Shown here in pieces: positions 42,801 through 51,369 of a DNA stretch of 64,000 nt. The number at the start of each line of letters is the position of its first letter. Positions within the stretch are counted from its first letter, which is position 1. This DNA is from Bacillota bacterium (GTDB taxonomy: Bacteria; Bacillota; Limnochordia; Darwinibacteriales; DTU012), in the NCBI GenBank assembly GCA_012521185.1, contig JAAYMV010000089.1, positions 79,105 through 143,104 on the forward strand. The letters run 5' to 3'. A program made the translations under genes and the position numbers. The notes below the pieces were generated by a model. It was not told where the DNA came from, did no database searches, and worked only from the letters and a program-made list of their open reading frames with translations.

Positions 42801-43345
42801 TCCATTTTCTTAATAGCCTTCTCTTTGCGGTGACGATATTTAATAATCCCAGCAGTTTCTTCAAATAAACTTCTTCTTTCCTCTGGATTAGTGCTTAAAA
42901 TAGCGTCAATTTGTCCTTGGCCAATAATAGCGTATCCTTCTCGACCTAAGCCTGTATCCGTAAACAAGTCTTGGATATCTTTTAAGCGGCAAGGAGTTTT
43001 ATTAATTAAAAAATCACTTTCCCCTGAGCGATAAACTCGTCTAGTGATAGTCACTTCATTATAATCAATCGGTAAAAAACCATCTGAATTCTCTAATGTT
43101 AGTTGAACCTCCGCCATTCCAAGGGGTTTTTTACCATCACTGCCGGCAAAGATCACATCTTCTAGCTTTGAACCGCGCAAACTTTTGATGCTTTGCTCAC
43201 CTAATACCCAACGAACGGCATCAGAAATGTTACTCTTACCGCTACCGTTAGGGCCTACAATTGCGGTAATGCCTTCGTCAAATTCTAAGGTTACCTTATT
43301 TGCAAAAGATTTAAAGCCAATTAACTCAAGTCTTTTTAAGCGCAT
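39806..43345 (-). CDS. smc: Chromosome condensation/segregation ATPase SMC
   Basis: About 1179 aa. It begins MRLKRLELIGFKSFANK...GPNGSGKSN and has long coiled coils, a hinge and the C-terminal signature LSGGERSLTAIALL. The start is the ATG at 43345, 6 nt after GGAGG. Confidence 0.97.
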   Translation of the reverse strand: MRLKRLELIGFKSFANKVTLEFDEGITAIVGPNGSGKSNISDAVRWVLGEQSIKSLRGSKLEDVIFAGSDGKKPLGMAEVQLTLENSDGFLPIDYNEVTITRRVYRSGESDFLINKTPCRLKDIQDLFTDTGLGREGYAIIGQGQIDAILSTNPEERRSLFEETAGIIKYRHRKEKAIKKMEQTEQDIVRIEDILAELNNQLGPLEREATKARKYQGLANALSEAELDLYSLILNGLVDKKDRLDHQLTENQQEGQKLAAQYQDVEVELNQQQEQLRKTEYEMDNLQEQVIELNDQINQANRNIELTEERLKHISNQKQSLQKNQVDYEQEKAKLEEILQTAKTKLEVAQAEYQVAKEKLKSNEASLSKMRLEYQERRIELEEKKSSFLEFIRELADARNFRRNYQQQRNNLDYQLANLTKEIEQLQNQIDDNQRKIQLEEAQLAEIMQRTDLHQQELKMINSLLESLTNKLQEIEAREGKLLTTYQQVKSRITALQELEDDYEGYSYSVRQLLKQPIPGIKLYGTVGSVIKVPPGLETAIEIALGFGLQNIITPTATDAKLAIEWLKRQKAGRATFLPLDTIKSTAFPEDYKKYWQIPKCLGPAIDLIEFDSLYLPAIQGLLGRIIIVEDLDTALKLQNMVPSFSRIVTVAGDVVMPNGSLTGGSINPKTTGLLKRKTEIHRLELQLADIQTQITQINTEKIAQSEQLVQAQNRLEQANEQEYRLRLEMQKAQSDLEQLQAEKRRLSELYAAKKTQLYDLETTIQELEDQSASAQKNIINLENEEIAKRQQIADLEELLTRLESFIEEASKELTEEKVALTSLHAGLKELEWQLANDTEKLTHTNNLLARTKQEYTLLHQQEQELNHKLSLNQAKHQQFLELKSKTLEQINQEREQRASLQGHIDINNDRLKKLRSALGKIDKAIYNVELELNGINLEYQRISEALSERQETLENVVEREVSRSQTELQAEVARLKDEIRLLGIVNLGSLQEYESVKERAFFLQTQLEDVKKAKQTLLDVIQEMDSVSAERFMETYEQLRAEFKLVFGELFEGGAADIILVDPEDPLNTGIEIIAQPPGKKLQNLALLSGGERSLTAIALLLAIRRVKPTPFCILDEVDAALDEANLERFADILQGFAKTTQFLIITHRQATMEKADRLYGVTMGESATSQLISVKLS

Positions 43346-43376
43346 AGACATCCTCCGCATCATTTTTCCTCATCCT

Positions 43377-43405
43377 ATTGTACCATAAACCGACTTAAAT
43401 GTATA
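43377..43405 (-). promoter_or_regulatory. Putative extended -10 promoter for smc
   Basis: Minus strand TATACA, a 17 nt spacer whose last 3 nt are TGG, then TACAAT (43382-43377). It lies directly after the sigma-gene terminator. Confidence 0.45.
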
Positions 43406-43434
43406 AAAAAACTGGAAGGTTATCCTCCCAGTTT
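43403..43434 (-). terminator. Intrinsic terminator of the SigH-like gene
   Basis: Minus strand AAACUGGGAGG-AUAA-CCUUCCAGUUU (one G-U wobble, which would be a mismatch on the plus strand) followed by UUUUU-AU. The 5' arm is the last codons of the sigma ORF. Confidence 0.75.
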
Positions 43435-44100
43435 AAGATATAAATCTTTACGTTTTCGAACCACCACTGGCACTCGTGGACTTAACAAAGAACCATACTC
43501 CTCAATAAGTTTACGCAACTTACTCTTAACTCGAGTACGAGCGTTATCAACAGCTTTAGCACCGATCCCAAATTGCTTTTCAATTTCAGCACAGGTATAA
43601 CCTCTTAGTAACATCACAATTACTGAATACTCTAAGTATGATAAATGGTTAATCAAGACTTGATTTAATAGTTGGTTTGTTGTTTTATTTTCGATTAAAT
43701 AGACAGGGTCTAGAGTTTCATCCTCATTGGTAATTAAATCCAACATGGTGCGGCTTTCATCAGCACTAACATAATTGTATAATGAGACAGCCTCATTTAA
43801 AGCTCGATGTTTATTGCCATTAGAATGTTTAATTACATTATATATTTTCCGGATAATGCAGATATAGGCGAATGAACTAAACTTTACATTGTACTCTTCT
43901 GGCTTGTACTCTGCAATGGCATTAAGCAAGCCAATTATTCCTTCTTGCATTAAGTCATCAAAATCCATGTAATTTGCATAATAATTTCGAACAATATGCT
44001 TAACCATAGGAATATACTTTAAAACAAGCTCTTCTTTAGTACTTTCATCCCCTTGCCGAATCGCCTTAATTAATTGTAAATCAAGTTCTTGATTGTGCAT
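43420..44100 (-). CDS. SigH (Spo0H/ComX-like) family RNA polymerase sigma factor
   Basis: 226 aa. Region 2 is DLMQEGIIGLLNAIAEYKPEEYNVKFSSFAYICIIRKI. The SigH-type segment NKHRALNEAVSLYNYVSADESRTMLDLI aligns by eye with B. subtilis SigH QKHIPLNSY.SL...EESDRTLLDVI. Region 4 is YSVIVMLLRGYTCAEIEKQFGIGAKAVDNARTRVKSKLRK. Confidence 0.85.
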   Translation of the reverse strand: MHNQELDLQLIKAIRQGDESTKEELVLKYIPMVKHIVRNYYANYMDFDDLMQEGIIGLLNAIAEYKPEEYNVKFSSFAYICIIRKIYNVIKHSNGNKHRALNEAVSLYNYVSADESRTMLDLITNEDETLDPVYLIENKTTNQLLNQVLINHLSYLEYSVIVMLLRGYTCAEIEKQFGIGAKAVDNARTRVKSKLRKLIEEYGSLLSPRVPVVVRKRKDLYLKLGG

Positions 44101-44313
44101 TACCTTTCCTCCCCTTGTCCTAATGAGAGCATGTCTTTTTCACTATCATATATATGAAGTATTTTCCAAGATATGACAAAAAGACGATTTATACATAGCT
44201 TATGTATATTTGGTTGTATATCTACAGTTAGCTGGTATTTAACCATATAATATGTAAAGGTTTTGCAATTAACTAAGCAAAATTGTTAGTTACCATGGAG
44301 ATATGCTGGATGG

Positions 44314-44910
44314 GTGGGAAAAGTTTTGCAACTGAACGAAACATTAGCTCATATGGCAGCTTTAATTAGGGAAAATCCTAGTATAACTGTGCGGGAAATA
44401 GCCAATGAAATGCGCTTTGCAGACAATAAGTCTGTTTATTATTGGTTAGGAAAGGCTAATTTCAAAGGTATTCAAGACTTTAAAAAGAATGTTTTAGGAA
44501 CGGACTCTAGCACCGTGGAAGGAATATCTGTAGAAATGAACCGCAACAACTACTTTTTATTGAAAGTTCCTTTAAGAAGCTGGCGAAATATAAAAAAAGA
44601 GGACGGGCCTCAGTGGTATTATTTTCTACACCAAAACCCTAATCCTCGGGGAATATTTGCTATTCAAATTGAAACAAACGACTTTACTCCCTGGTTTTTC
44701 AACCAAGATATTTTAGTTATCGATACTTTACAAGATTATCAACAAGGAATGTGGGTCTTATTAAAACAAGGTCGCAACTATTCTATTGGCCGAGTAGGCA
44801 ATCAAGGGCAAATTTTTGAACCAAATACCTTTGCTGTTTTAAAAAAATCCAAATACAAAATTTTAGGAGTAATTATTAATCAACACCGACGACTAAATCA
44901 AAATCAATGA
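44314..44910 (+). CDS. LexA-like protein: N-terminal winged HTH plus degenerate S24 peptidase-like C-terminal domain
   Basis: 198 aa. The C-terminal part GIFAIQIETNDFTPWFFNQDILVID...GMWVLL...YSIGRV...ILGVIINQHR aligns by eye with the LexA cleavage domain, but the GDSM Ser is Asp and the catalytic Lys is Gly. The start is uncertain: GTG 44314 or ATG 44353. Confidence 0.6.
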   Translation: MGKVLQLNETLAHMAALIRENPSITVREIANEMRFADNKSVYYWLGKANFKGIQDFKKNVLGTDSSTVEGISVEMNRNNYFLLKVPLRSWRNIKKEDGPQWYYFLHQNPNPRGIFAIQIETNDFTPWFFNQDILVIDTLQDYQQGMWVLLKQGRNYSIGRVGNQGQIFEPNTFAVLKKSKYKILGVIINQHRRLNQNQ

Positions 44911-45584
44911 AGATCTAATTTGCTCAATGCTTCCCGAGCTGCATTTTGTGCAGCTTCTTTTTTACTCTTACCCACCCCGCGACCAAGAACTTCATTCTGA
45001 AAGATAACTTCCACAACAAAGGATTTATCATGATCCGGACCATATTCCTCAGCCAAAATATAGGTTGGCGTTGTATGACTTGTTTGTTGTAAATGCTCTT
45101 GTAAAGTACTTTTTGCGTCAATTAATGGTAACTGGGATTTATCCCATTCAGGTAAATGCTTTAAGATGAACATACGAACTTGTTCCATCCCTGCCTCTAA
45201 ATACATTGCTCCTAATACTGCTTCATAAACATCACTTAACAAAGAATCGCGCTCTTTGGCTCCAGTTCGTTCTTCACCTTTACCTACTTTCAAATAATCA
45301 TTTAAACCCAATGTTCTAGCAATTTCGGCCAAGGTTGGTTGACTAACTAACAATGCTCTTATTTTGGCCAGCTTGCCCTCAGGCAGCTTTGGATATTTCT
45401 TATAAATATAATCACTAATAACCAATTGTAACACAGCATCACCTAAAAACTCTAACCTTTCATTGTCACCATAGTCCATCCTGGCTGATTTATGGGTTAG
45501 CGCTTGTTCTAACAGCTGCTTATTCTTAAATGAATATCCAAGTATTTTTTCCAATTTTTCTAACTTAGCTTGCTGTTTACTCAT
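44904..45584 (-). CDS. rnc: Ribonuclease III
   Basis: 226 aa with the signature ERLEFLGDAVLQLVISDY and a C-terminal dsRBD. Confidence 0.97.
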   Translation of the reverse strand: MSKQQAKLEKLEKILGYSFKNKQLLEQALTHKSARMDYGDNERLEFLGDAVLQLVISDYIYKKYPKLPEGKLAKIRALLVSQPTLAEIARTLGLNDYLKVGKGEERTGAKERDSLLSDVYEAVLGAMYLEAGMEQVRMFILKHLPEWDKSQLPLIDAKSTLQEHLQQTSHTTPTYILAEEYGPDHDKSFVVEVIFQNEVLGRGVGKSKKEAAQNAAREALSKLDLH

Positions 45585-46823
45585 CTAATTACCCCAACGT
45601 TTAAATACTAGTACAGAATTATGTCCACCAAAACCAAAGGAGTTAGACATAGCTACTTCAAGATTGGCCTTCCGGCTTTGGTTAGGCACATAGTCCAGAT
45701 CACATTCTGGATCTGGATTTTCATAATTGTAAGTTCCTGGTATCACTTGGTTTTTAAGGGCTAATAAGCAAATAGCGGCTTCAACGGCTCCAGCTGCGCC
45801 AAGTAGATGTCCTGTTAAAGCTTTTGTGGAAGTAACTGGAATTTGATAAGCCTCTTCGCCAAATACTGCTTTTATGGCAATGGTTTCATACTTATCGTTA
45901 TATTCGGTTGAGGTACCATGAGCATTAATATAGTCAACTTGCTCAGGTAAAATATTAGCGTCCGCAAGAGCCTCTTTCATCGCTCGTTGTGCACCTTCAT
46001 GATCGGGTGCTGGCGATGTAATGTGATAAGCATCACCAGTAGAGCCAAAACCAATAATTTCACCATAAATTTTTGCTCCACGAGCCTTAGCATGCTCTAA
46101 TTCCTCAAGAACCAATATACAGGAACCTTCACCCATGACAAAGCCATCTCTCTCTAAATCAAATGGACGGCTTGCTCTTTTCGGATCCTCATTGCGAGTA
46201 GATAAAGCTCGTGCAGCCATAAATCCTGCTAACGCCAATGGAGTAATAGCTGCTTCTGCTCCCCCAGCTAACATCACATCAGCATTTCCCCGACTAATCA
46301 CACGAAAAGCATCTCCAATGGCGTTGGTTCCCGTAGCACAAGCAGTTACCGTGCAGGAGTTAGGCCCTTTTGCTCCTGTAGCAATCGCAATCTGCCCACT
46401 TGCCATATCTGGGATTAACATTGGTACAAAAAAGGGACTAACTCGCCCTGGTCCTCGTTCTTCAAGCACCTTAGCTTGAGTTTCTAAAGTTTGAATTCCG
46501 CCAATACCAGAGCCAACGATCACTCCCACCCGACAAGCGTTTTCGTCAGTTATCTCTAGTTCAGCATCCCTTAGACTATCTAAGGCAGCTACCACTGCAT
46601 ACTGACAGAACGGATCCATCCGTCGGGCATCTTTACGATCTATATATTCAGCTGGATCGAAATCTTTAACCTCAGCTGCAATTTTAACTGGAAAATCAGA
46701 TGTATCAAAACGTGAAATTAATCCGATTCCGGATTCACCAGCTAAAAGATTTTGCCAAAGTTGTTCTTTGTTACCCAAAGGGGAAACAACTCCAATTCCA
46801 GTGACAACCACTCTTTTAGACAT
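45585..46823 (-). CDS. fabF: 3-oxoacyl-ACP synthase II
   Basis: 412 aa with active-site Cys context ([11 protein letters not shown]) and the His-His pair (INAHGTST...GHLLGAAG). Confidence 0.97.
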   Translation of the reverse strand: MSKRVVVTGIGVVSPLGNKEQLWQNLLAGESGIGLISRFDTSDFPVKIAAEVKDFDPAEYIDRKDARRMDPFCQYAVVAALDSLRDAELEITDENACRVGVIVGSGIGGIQTLETQAKVLEERGPGRVSPFFVPMLIPDMASGQIAIATGAKGPNSCTVTACATGTNAIGDAFRVISRGNADVMLAGGAEAAITPLALAGFMAARALSTRNEDPKRASRPFDLERDGFVMGEGSCILVLEELEHAKARGAKIYGEIIGFGSTGDAYHITSPAPDHEGAQRAMKEALADANILPEQVDYINAHGTSTEYNDKYETIAIKAVFGEEAYQIPVTSTKALTGHLLGAAGAVEAAICLLALKNQVIPGTYNYENPDPECDLDYVPNQSRKANLEVAMSNSFGFGGHNSVLVFKRWGN

Positions 46824-46843
46824 TACCTGAACACCTCGCTGTA

Positions 46844-46900
46844 TAAAAAGAGAGATCCATGAGGGATCATTGACTCCAATGATCCCCTGCGGGAATCTCT
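46844..46900 (-). terminator. Nested hairpin / partial terminator between acpP and fabF
   Basis: On the minus strand the inner stem is GGGAUCAUUG-GAGU-CAAUGAUCCC (10 bp) inside an outer AGAGA...UCUCU helix, followed by CUUUUUAU. It probably acts as an attenuator, since fabF follows 20 nt later. Confidence 0.55.
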
Positions 46901-46903
46901 ACT

Positions 46904-47134
46904 TTAGATTTCTCCTTTGATATACTCCACTGCATCTTCTACAGTGCTAATTTTCTCAGCATCTTCATCGGGAATTTGTAAATCAAATTCCTCTTCAAAT
47001 GCCATCACAAGTTCAACAACATCTAAAGAATCAGCACCTAAGTCGTCAACAAAATGAGCTTTTAATGTAACTTCCTCAGGGTTAACGCCTAGCTGCTCAA
47101 CAATAATATCTTTCACCCTATCAAAGATTTCCAT
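46904..47134 (-). CDS. acpP: Acyl carrier protein
   Basis: 76 aa with the phosphopantetheine site [12 protein letters not shown]. Confidence 0.98.
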   Translation of the reverse strand: MEIFDRVKDIIVEQLGVNPEEVTLKAHFVDDLGADSLDVVELVMAFEEEFDLQIPDEDAEKISTVEDAVEYIKGEI

Positions 47135-47164
47135 TCAGGTCACCTCCTTGCATCCATCAAATAT

Positions 47165-47887
47165 CTATATTACTAGGCCTCCATCTACATGAATAGTTTG
47201 GCCTGTAATGTACTTATTCGCATCAGAAACTAAAAAGTAGACCAATTGCGCAACATCCTCTACAGTCCCTGTTCTTCCTAGAGGAATCATTTTCACAATT
47301 GCTTCCTTTTGCTGCTCAGATAACTGATTTGTCATATCAGTATCAATATAACCAGGAGCCACTGCATTTACTAATATTCCTCTGGAGGCAACTTCTTTCG
47401 CTAAAGATTTCGTCAAGCCAATTAGGCCAGCTTTAGCAGCAGCATAATTGATTTGACCTGGGTTGCCTGTTACTCCAATTACTGATGATATGTTAACTAT
47501 TTTACCTGAACGTTGCTTCATCATCGGTCTAATTGCACTACGACAGAGATAAAATGCACCCGAAAGATTTACATCTAAAACTTGCTGCCAGTCTTCATCT
47601 GACATTCGCATTAGTAAACCGTCTCTAGTTATCCCTGCATTATTAACAAGAATATCTATTCTACCCCATTTGTCTAATACCTGCTTAATTATTTGATCAA
47701 CTTCATTTGGCTTACTAACATCTGCTTTTATGGGTAGTACATTTGGTTGATTATACTCATTTAATAATTCTTGATTACGGCCGCAAACAACTACTTTTGC
47801 ACCTGCATCAAGCAAAGTTAACGCAATTGCTTTGCCAATGCCTCTAGTTGCACCAGTTACAATTGCTACCTGATTAGCTATGCCCAT
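47165..47887 (-). CDS. fabG: 3-oxoacyl-ACP reductase
   Basis: 240 aa SDR with TGATRGIGKAI, NNAG and YAAAK. Confidence 0.96.
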   Translation of the reverse strand: MGIANQVAIVTGATRGIGKAIALTLLDAGAKVVVCGRNQELLNEYNQPNVLPIKADVSKPNEVDQIIKQVLDKWGRIDILVNNAGITRDGLLMRMSDEDWQQVLDVNLSGAFYLCRSAIRPMMKQRSGKIVNISSVIGVTGNPGQINYAAAKAGLIGLTKSLAKEVASRGILVNAVAPGYIDTDMTNQLSEQQKEAIVKMIPLGRTGTVEDVAQLVYFLVSDANKYITGQTIHVDGGLVI

Positions 47888-47901
47888 TAAAGCTACCTCC
47901 C

Positions 47902-48771
47902 TTAACTTACTAAACTAAGACTAATTGTTTTACTAATTCGTTTAGTCAAGCCAATTAACACTGAATTTGGACTAATCTCTTTCAGTTCATTTACTCCCAT
48001 TGACTCCAGTAATAATATATTATCTATCCAACGTACAGGACTGGTTAACTGTTCTACCAACTCTGATTTTATTTCCTCAGCAGTAGTAATCAATTGATTG
48101 CGATGATTACTAACAACTGGAATCAAAGGAGTACTAAAGCTTAACTGGTCTAAAAACTCAGCAAACTCTTGGGCAGCGGTTTTCATAAGCGGTGAATGAA
48201 AGGGGCCGCTTACGGCTAAAGGAATTACTCTTCTTGCACCGGCTTCTACCGCCTGTTGCGCTAAATATTCTAAAGCCTTATTTTCCCCACTAACAACAAT
48301 TTGTCCCGGAGAATTATAATTAGCAATATCAATTTCACCAAAAGCACTAGCTGCCTGACAAAGCTCCTCCACTTGAACAGCATCTAAACCTATAACTGCA
48401 CTCATTCCGCCAGTTACAGGAGATTTGCTCATTAACTCTCCCCGTTTAGCAACTAGTCGAACACCATCGGCAAACTCAATAGCTCCAGCGGCGACTAATG
48501 CGGTGATTTCACCTAAACTATGACCAATAAATACGTCTACAGACATTTGTTCCGCAACAGTTTGCCAGATAGCGTAACAGGTAACTAACATGGCTGGCTG
48601 GGCATATTCGGTAGCATTTAATTTTTCCGCTGGCCCATTATTGCATAGAGCTAGCAGATCATAACCTAATATTTTACTAGCTTCTTCAAATAAATCAAGA
48701 GCTGTTGGCGAAATTTGTTGGGTCATGCCAACTTTTTGTCCGCCTTGACCAGGAAATCCCACAGCAAGCAT
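47902..48771 (-). CDS. fabD: Malonyl-CoA:ACP transacylase
   Basis: It contains FPGQGGQKVGM and the active site GHSLGE. The start is the ATG at 48771 in a TAATG overlap with the fabH stop. Confidence 0.96.
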   Translation of the reverse strand: MLAVGFPGQGGQKVGMTQQISPTALDLFEEASKILGYDLLALCNNGPAEKLNATEYAQPAMLVTCYAIWQTVAEQMSVDVFIGHSLGEITALVAAGAIEFADGVRLVAKRGELMSKSPVTGGMSAVIGLDAVQVEELCQAASAFGEIDIANYNSPGQIVVSGENKALEYLAQQAVEAGARRVIPLAVSGPFHSPLMKTAAQEFAEFLDQLSFSTPLIPVVSNHRNQLITTAEEIKSELVEQLTSPVRWIDNILLLESMGVNELKEISPNSVLIGLTKRISKTISLSLVS

Positions 48772-49769
48772 TATTCGACTCCCCCCCAACGTAGGATCGC
48801 AGAGCCCCAGGTTAATCCAGCACCAAATCCAACTACCAAAATTAAATCACCGTCTTGAACTTTTCCCGTTTCCACTACCTCATCTAAGGCAATTGGTATA
48901 CTTGCTGCAGAGGTATTTCCATATCGATCCACGTTGATATAGATTCGATCCTCAGGAATATTAAAGCGAGAGGCGGCAGACTTTATTATTCTAATATTAG
49001 CTTGGTGTGGAATAAACCAGCTAATATCTTCGCCAGTTAAATTCGCCTTTTCCAGAACTCGTTGAGTTGAATCACCCATGGCTCTAACGGCAAATTTAAA
49101 AACTTCATTACCTGACATTTTCAAATAACGCCCAGGATCATCAATAGCTACAGTTTGTGAAGGGCACCGGGAGCCGCCTACAGGCAATTTCAAATAATCG
49201 GCACCTAAACCATCGGCACCTAAATCGGAAGCAAGCACACCATAACCTTCTTTAACAGGACCAAGTACAGCTGCACCAGCCCCATCACCAAATAATACAC
49301 AAGTTGAGCGATCAGTATAATCGGTAATTTTGCTTAAAACATCAACGCCAATTACTAGCACCCGTTGATAACCAGCTTTAACCATGCTTTGGGCTACCTC
49401 TAAACTATAAACCCAACCAGAACACCCAGCAGCTAAATCAAAAGCTGCTGCTTTTGTTGCTCCTAATCTACCTTGAATGATACATGCTGTCGCAGGAAAT
49501 GGCATATCTCCTGTAATTGTGGCCACAATAATCAGATCTAATTCAGAAGCTTTCACCTTACTAGCTTCTAAAGCTTTTAGCGCTGCTTGATAGCCTAAAT
49601 CAGAAGCTGCCTCTTCAGGAGAAGCAATCCGTCGTTCTTTAATTCCTGTTCTAGTTACAATCCATTCATCGCTAGTATCAACCATTTTTTCTAAATCTGC
49701 ATTAGTTAAAACTCTTTCCGGAACTGCTCTTCCTGTACCAAGTATTCCTGCAAAACCATGAGGCATCAC
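48771..49769 (-). CDS. fabH: 3-oxoacyl-ACP synthase III
   Basis: 332 aa with the active-site Cys context (AAGCSGWVYSL) and the C-terminus GFGAGLTWG. Confidence 0.96.
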   Translation of the reverse strand: MMPHGFAGILGTGRAVPERVLTNADLEKMVDTSDEWIVTRTGIKERRIASPEEAASDLGYQAALKALEASKVKASELDLIIVATITGDMPFPATACIIQGRLGATKAAAFDLAAGCSGWVYSLEVAQSMVKAGYQRVLVIGVDVLSKITDYTDRSTCVLFGDGAGAAVLGPVKEGYGVLASDLGADGLGADYLKLPVGGSRCPSQTVAIDDPGRYLKMSGNEVFKFAVRAMGDSTQRVLEKANLTGEDISWFIPHQANIRIIKSAASRFNIPEDRIYINVDRYGNTSAASIPIALDEVVETGKVQDGDLILVVGFGAGLTWGSAILRWGGVE

Positions 49770-49772
49770 TTA

Positions 49773-50771
49773 TTAGTCACCTACCATTGATTGAGCTATA
49801 GTATTCACAATCTGACTTTCCGCTGCTTCCTTACATACGCGAATCGCATTGCGAATTGCTTTGGCATTTGAACCGCCATGAGCAATGATCACTGCTCCCT
49901 TTACCCCTAGTAAAGGTGCTCCCCCATATTCAGTATAATCCAATTTTTTCTTAATCTCACTTAGACCAGGTCGCAAAACACCTGCTGCTAATTTACGCGG
50001 TAAATTCTGAGTAAATTGTTCAGCCAACATATTAAACATCGCACTACCAAGCCCTTCGGCAAACTTTAAAATACTATTGCCAACAAATCCATCACAGACT
50101 ACAACATCAGCTTCTCCTTGAGGTATATCACGGGCCTCAATGTTACCGATAAAATTTATGTTGTCTAACTCGCCCAATAACTCATAAGTCTTAATTGCGA
50201 CTTCATTACCTTTTGACGGTTCTTCACCAATGTTCAACAAACCAATTCTAGGATTATTGATACCCAATACGTCTTTGGCGTAAATGGAACCCATTTGGGC
50301 AAATTGAACTAAGTGAGAAGGACGACAATCCACATTAGCTCCTGCATCAACAATTAAACATAACTCCTTCAAAGTTGGCATAAGTGAAGTAATTGCTGGT
50401 CTTTCAATCCCTTTAATACGACCGATCCCAAATAAAGCAGCAGCCATCGTAGCACCAGTATTACCTGCACTGACCAAACCAACAGCTTGATTCTGTTTAA
50501 CCAAATTAGCCGCTACCACTAACGAAGAATCCTTTTTACTGCGTACTGCCCTAATTGGCTCTTCGTCCATATCAACTTTTTCTGAACAATGGACTATTTC
50601 AATCAAGTCACTACCCGGTTTGTTATTAATCAGTTTTTCTAGTATTGCCTGATCGCCAGTTAAAATTACTGATATTCCATACATATCCGCTGCTTGTAAA
50701 GCACCTTCCACAATCTGTTCTGGAGCAAAGTCTCCACCAAAAGCATCTACTGCTATTTTAATTGGAATCAC
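49773..50771 (-). CDS. plsX: Phosphate acyltransferase PlsX
   Basis: 332 aa (IKIAVDAFGGDFAPEQ...). It uses a GTG start and overlaps the fapR stop. Confidence 0.96.
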   Translation of the reverse strand: MIPIKIAVDAFGGDFAPEQIVEGALQAADMYGISVILTGDQAILEKLINNKPGSDLIEIVHCSEKVDMDEEPIRAVRSKKDSSLVVAANLVKQNQAVGLVSAGNTGATMAAALFGIGRIKGIERPAITSLMPTLKELCLIVDAGANVDCRPSHLVQFAQMGSIYAKDVLGINNPRIGLLNIGEEPSKGNEVAIKTYELLGELDNINFIGNIEARDIPQGEADVVVCDGFVGNSILKFAEGLGSAMFNMLAEQFTQNLPRKLAAGVLRPGLSEIKKKLDYTEYGGAPLLGVKGAVIIAHGGSNAKAIRNAIRVCKEAAESQIVNTIAQSMVGD

Positions 50772-51327
50772 TCTCCTTTTCTAAGGCAACTACTGTGAAT
50801 TCACCGCGAAAAACCATTTCTTGATTAACCTTACTTTCCACAATAATTTCACTGCGAGATCCTTTTTCTGAAACTAGCGCTGCTTTCGCAATAACCCGAT
50901 CTCCATTTTTTACAGGAATATAATAGCGCACGTTAGCCTTTGCAGTTAAAGCAACATTAGCATTCACCAAAGCTACTGCTAAGGAATTAGCCTGAGCAAA
51001 TAGATGATGTCCTCGTAGGATTTGAGTCCGTTCAAAGACCATGTCATCTTGTACTGATAAAATCGAAATAGCAAACTTACCCAATTCGAGATCTATTATT
51101 TCACCAATCACTTCAGTTCCTTCAAGTGCTTTTAATTTAGAATAGTTTTTACTAGCAATAGTCTTGGTCCGTTCTCGTAACTCAGGGATACTCAAGGCCA
51201 TCCGATCTAACCGAATAGTTGCTACGCTAACTTCCAACAGCTCTGCTAACTGCTGATCAGTTAAAAAAGGATCTTCTGCCAGTAAATTTTGCAATTGCTT
51301 TCGCCGTGCATTTCGATTAGCTGCCAT
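50758..51327 (-). CDS. fapR: Fatty acid/phospholipid synthesis repressor FapR
   Basis: About 189 aa from the ATG at 51327 (AGGAGG plus 8 nt). It has an N-terminal HTH (LTDQQLAELLEVSVATIRLDRMAL) and a hot-dog thioesterase-like domain, and it leads the plsX-fab cluster. Confidence 0.92.
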   Translation of the reverse strand: MAANRNARRKQLQNLLAEDPFLTDQQLAELLEVSVATIRLDRMALSIPELRERTKTIASKNYSKLKALEGTEVIGEIIDLELGKFAISILSVQDDMVFERTQILRGHHLFAQANSLAVALVNANVALTAKANVRYYIPVKNGDRVIAKAALVSEKGSRSEIIVESKVNQEMVFRGEFTVVALEKESDSN

Positions 51328-51343
51328 TGTCTTATACCTCCTA

Positions 51344-51360
51344 TTAAGACCAGGTGATAA
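51344..51360 (-). promoter_or_regulatory. Candidate FapR operator (17-bp imperfect palindrome)
   Basis: Minus strand TTATCACC-T-GGTCTTAA lies just downstream of the -10 box. It resembles the B. subtilis FapR box as I recall it (TTAGTACC.GGTCTTAA-like); this is from memory and was not verified. Confidence 0.5.
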
Positions 51361-51369
51361 CCTATTGCT

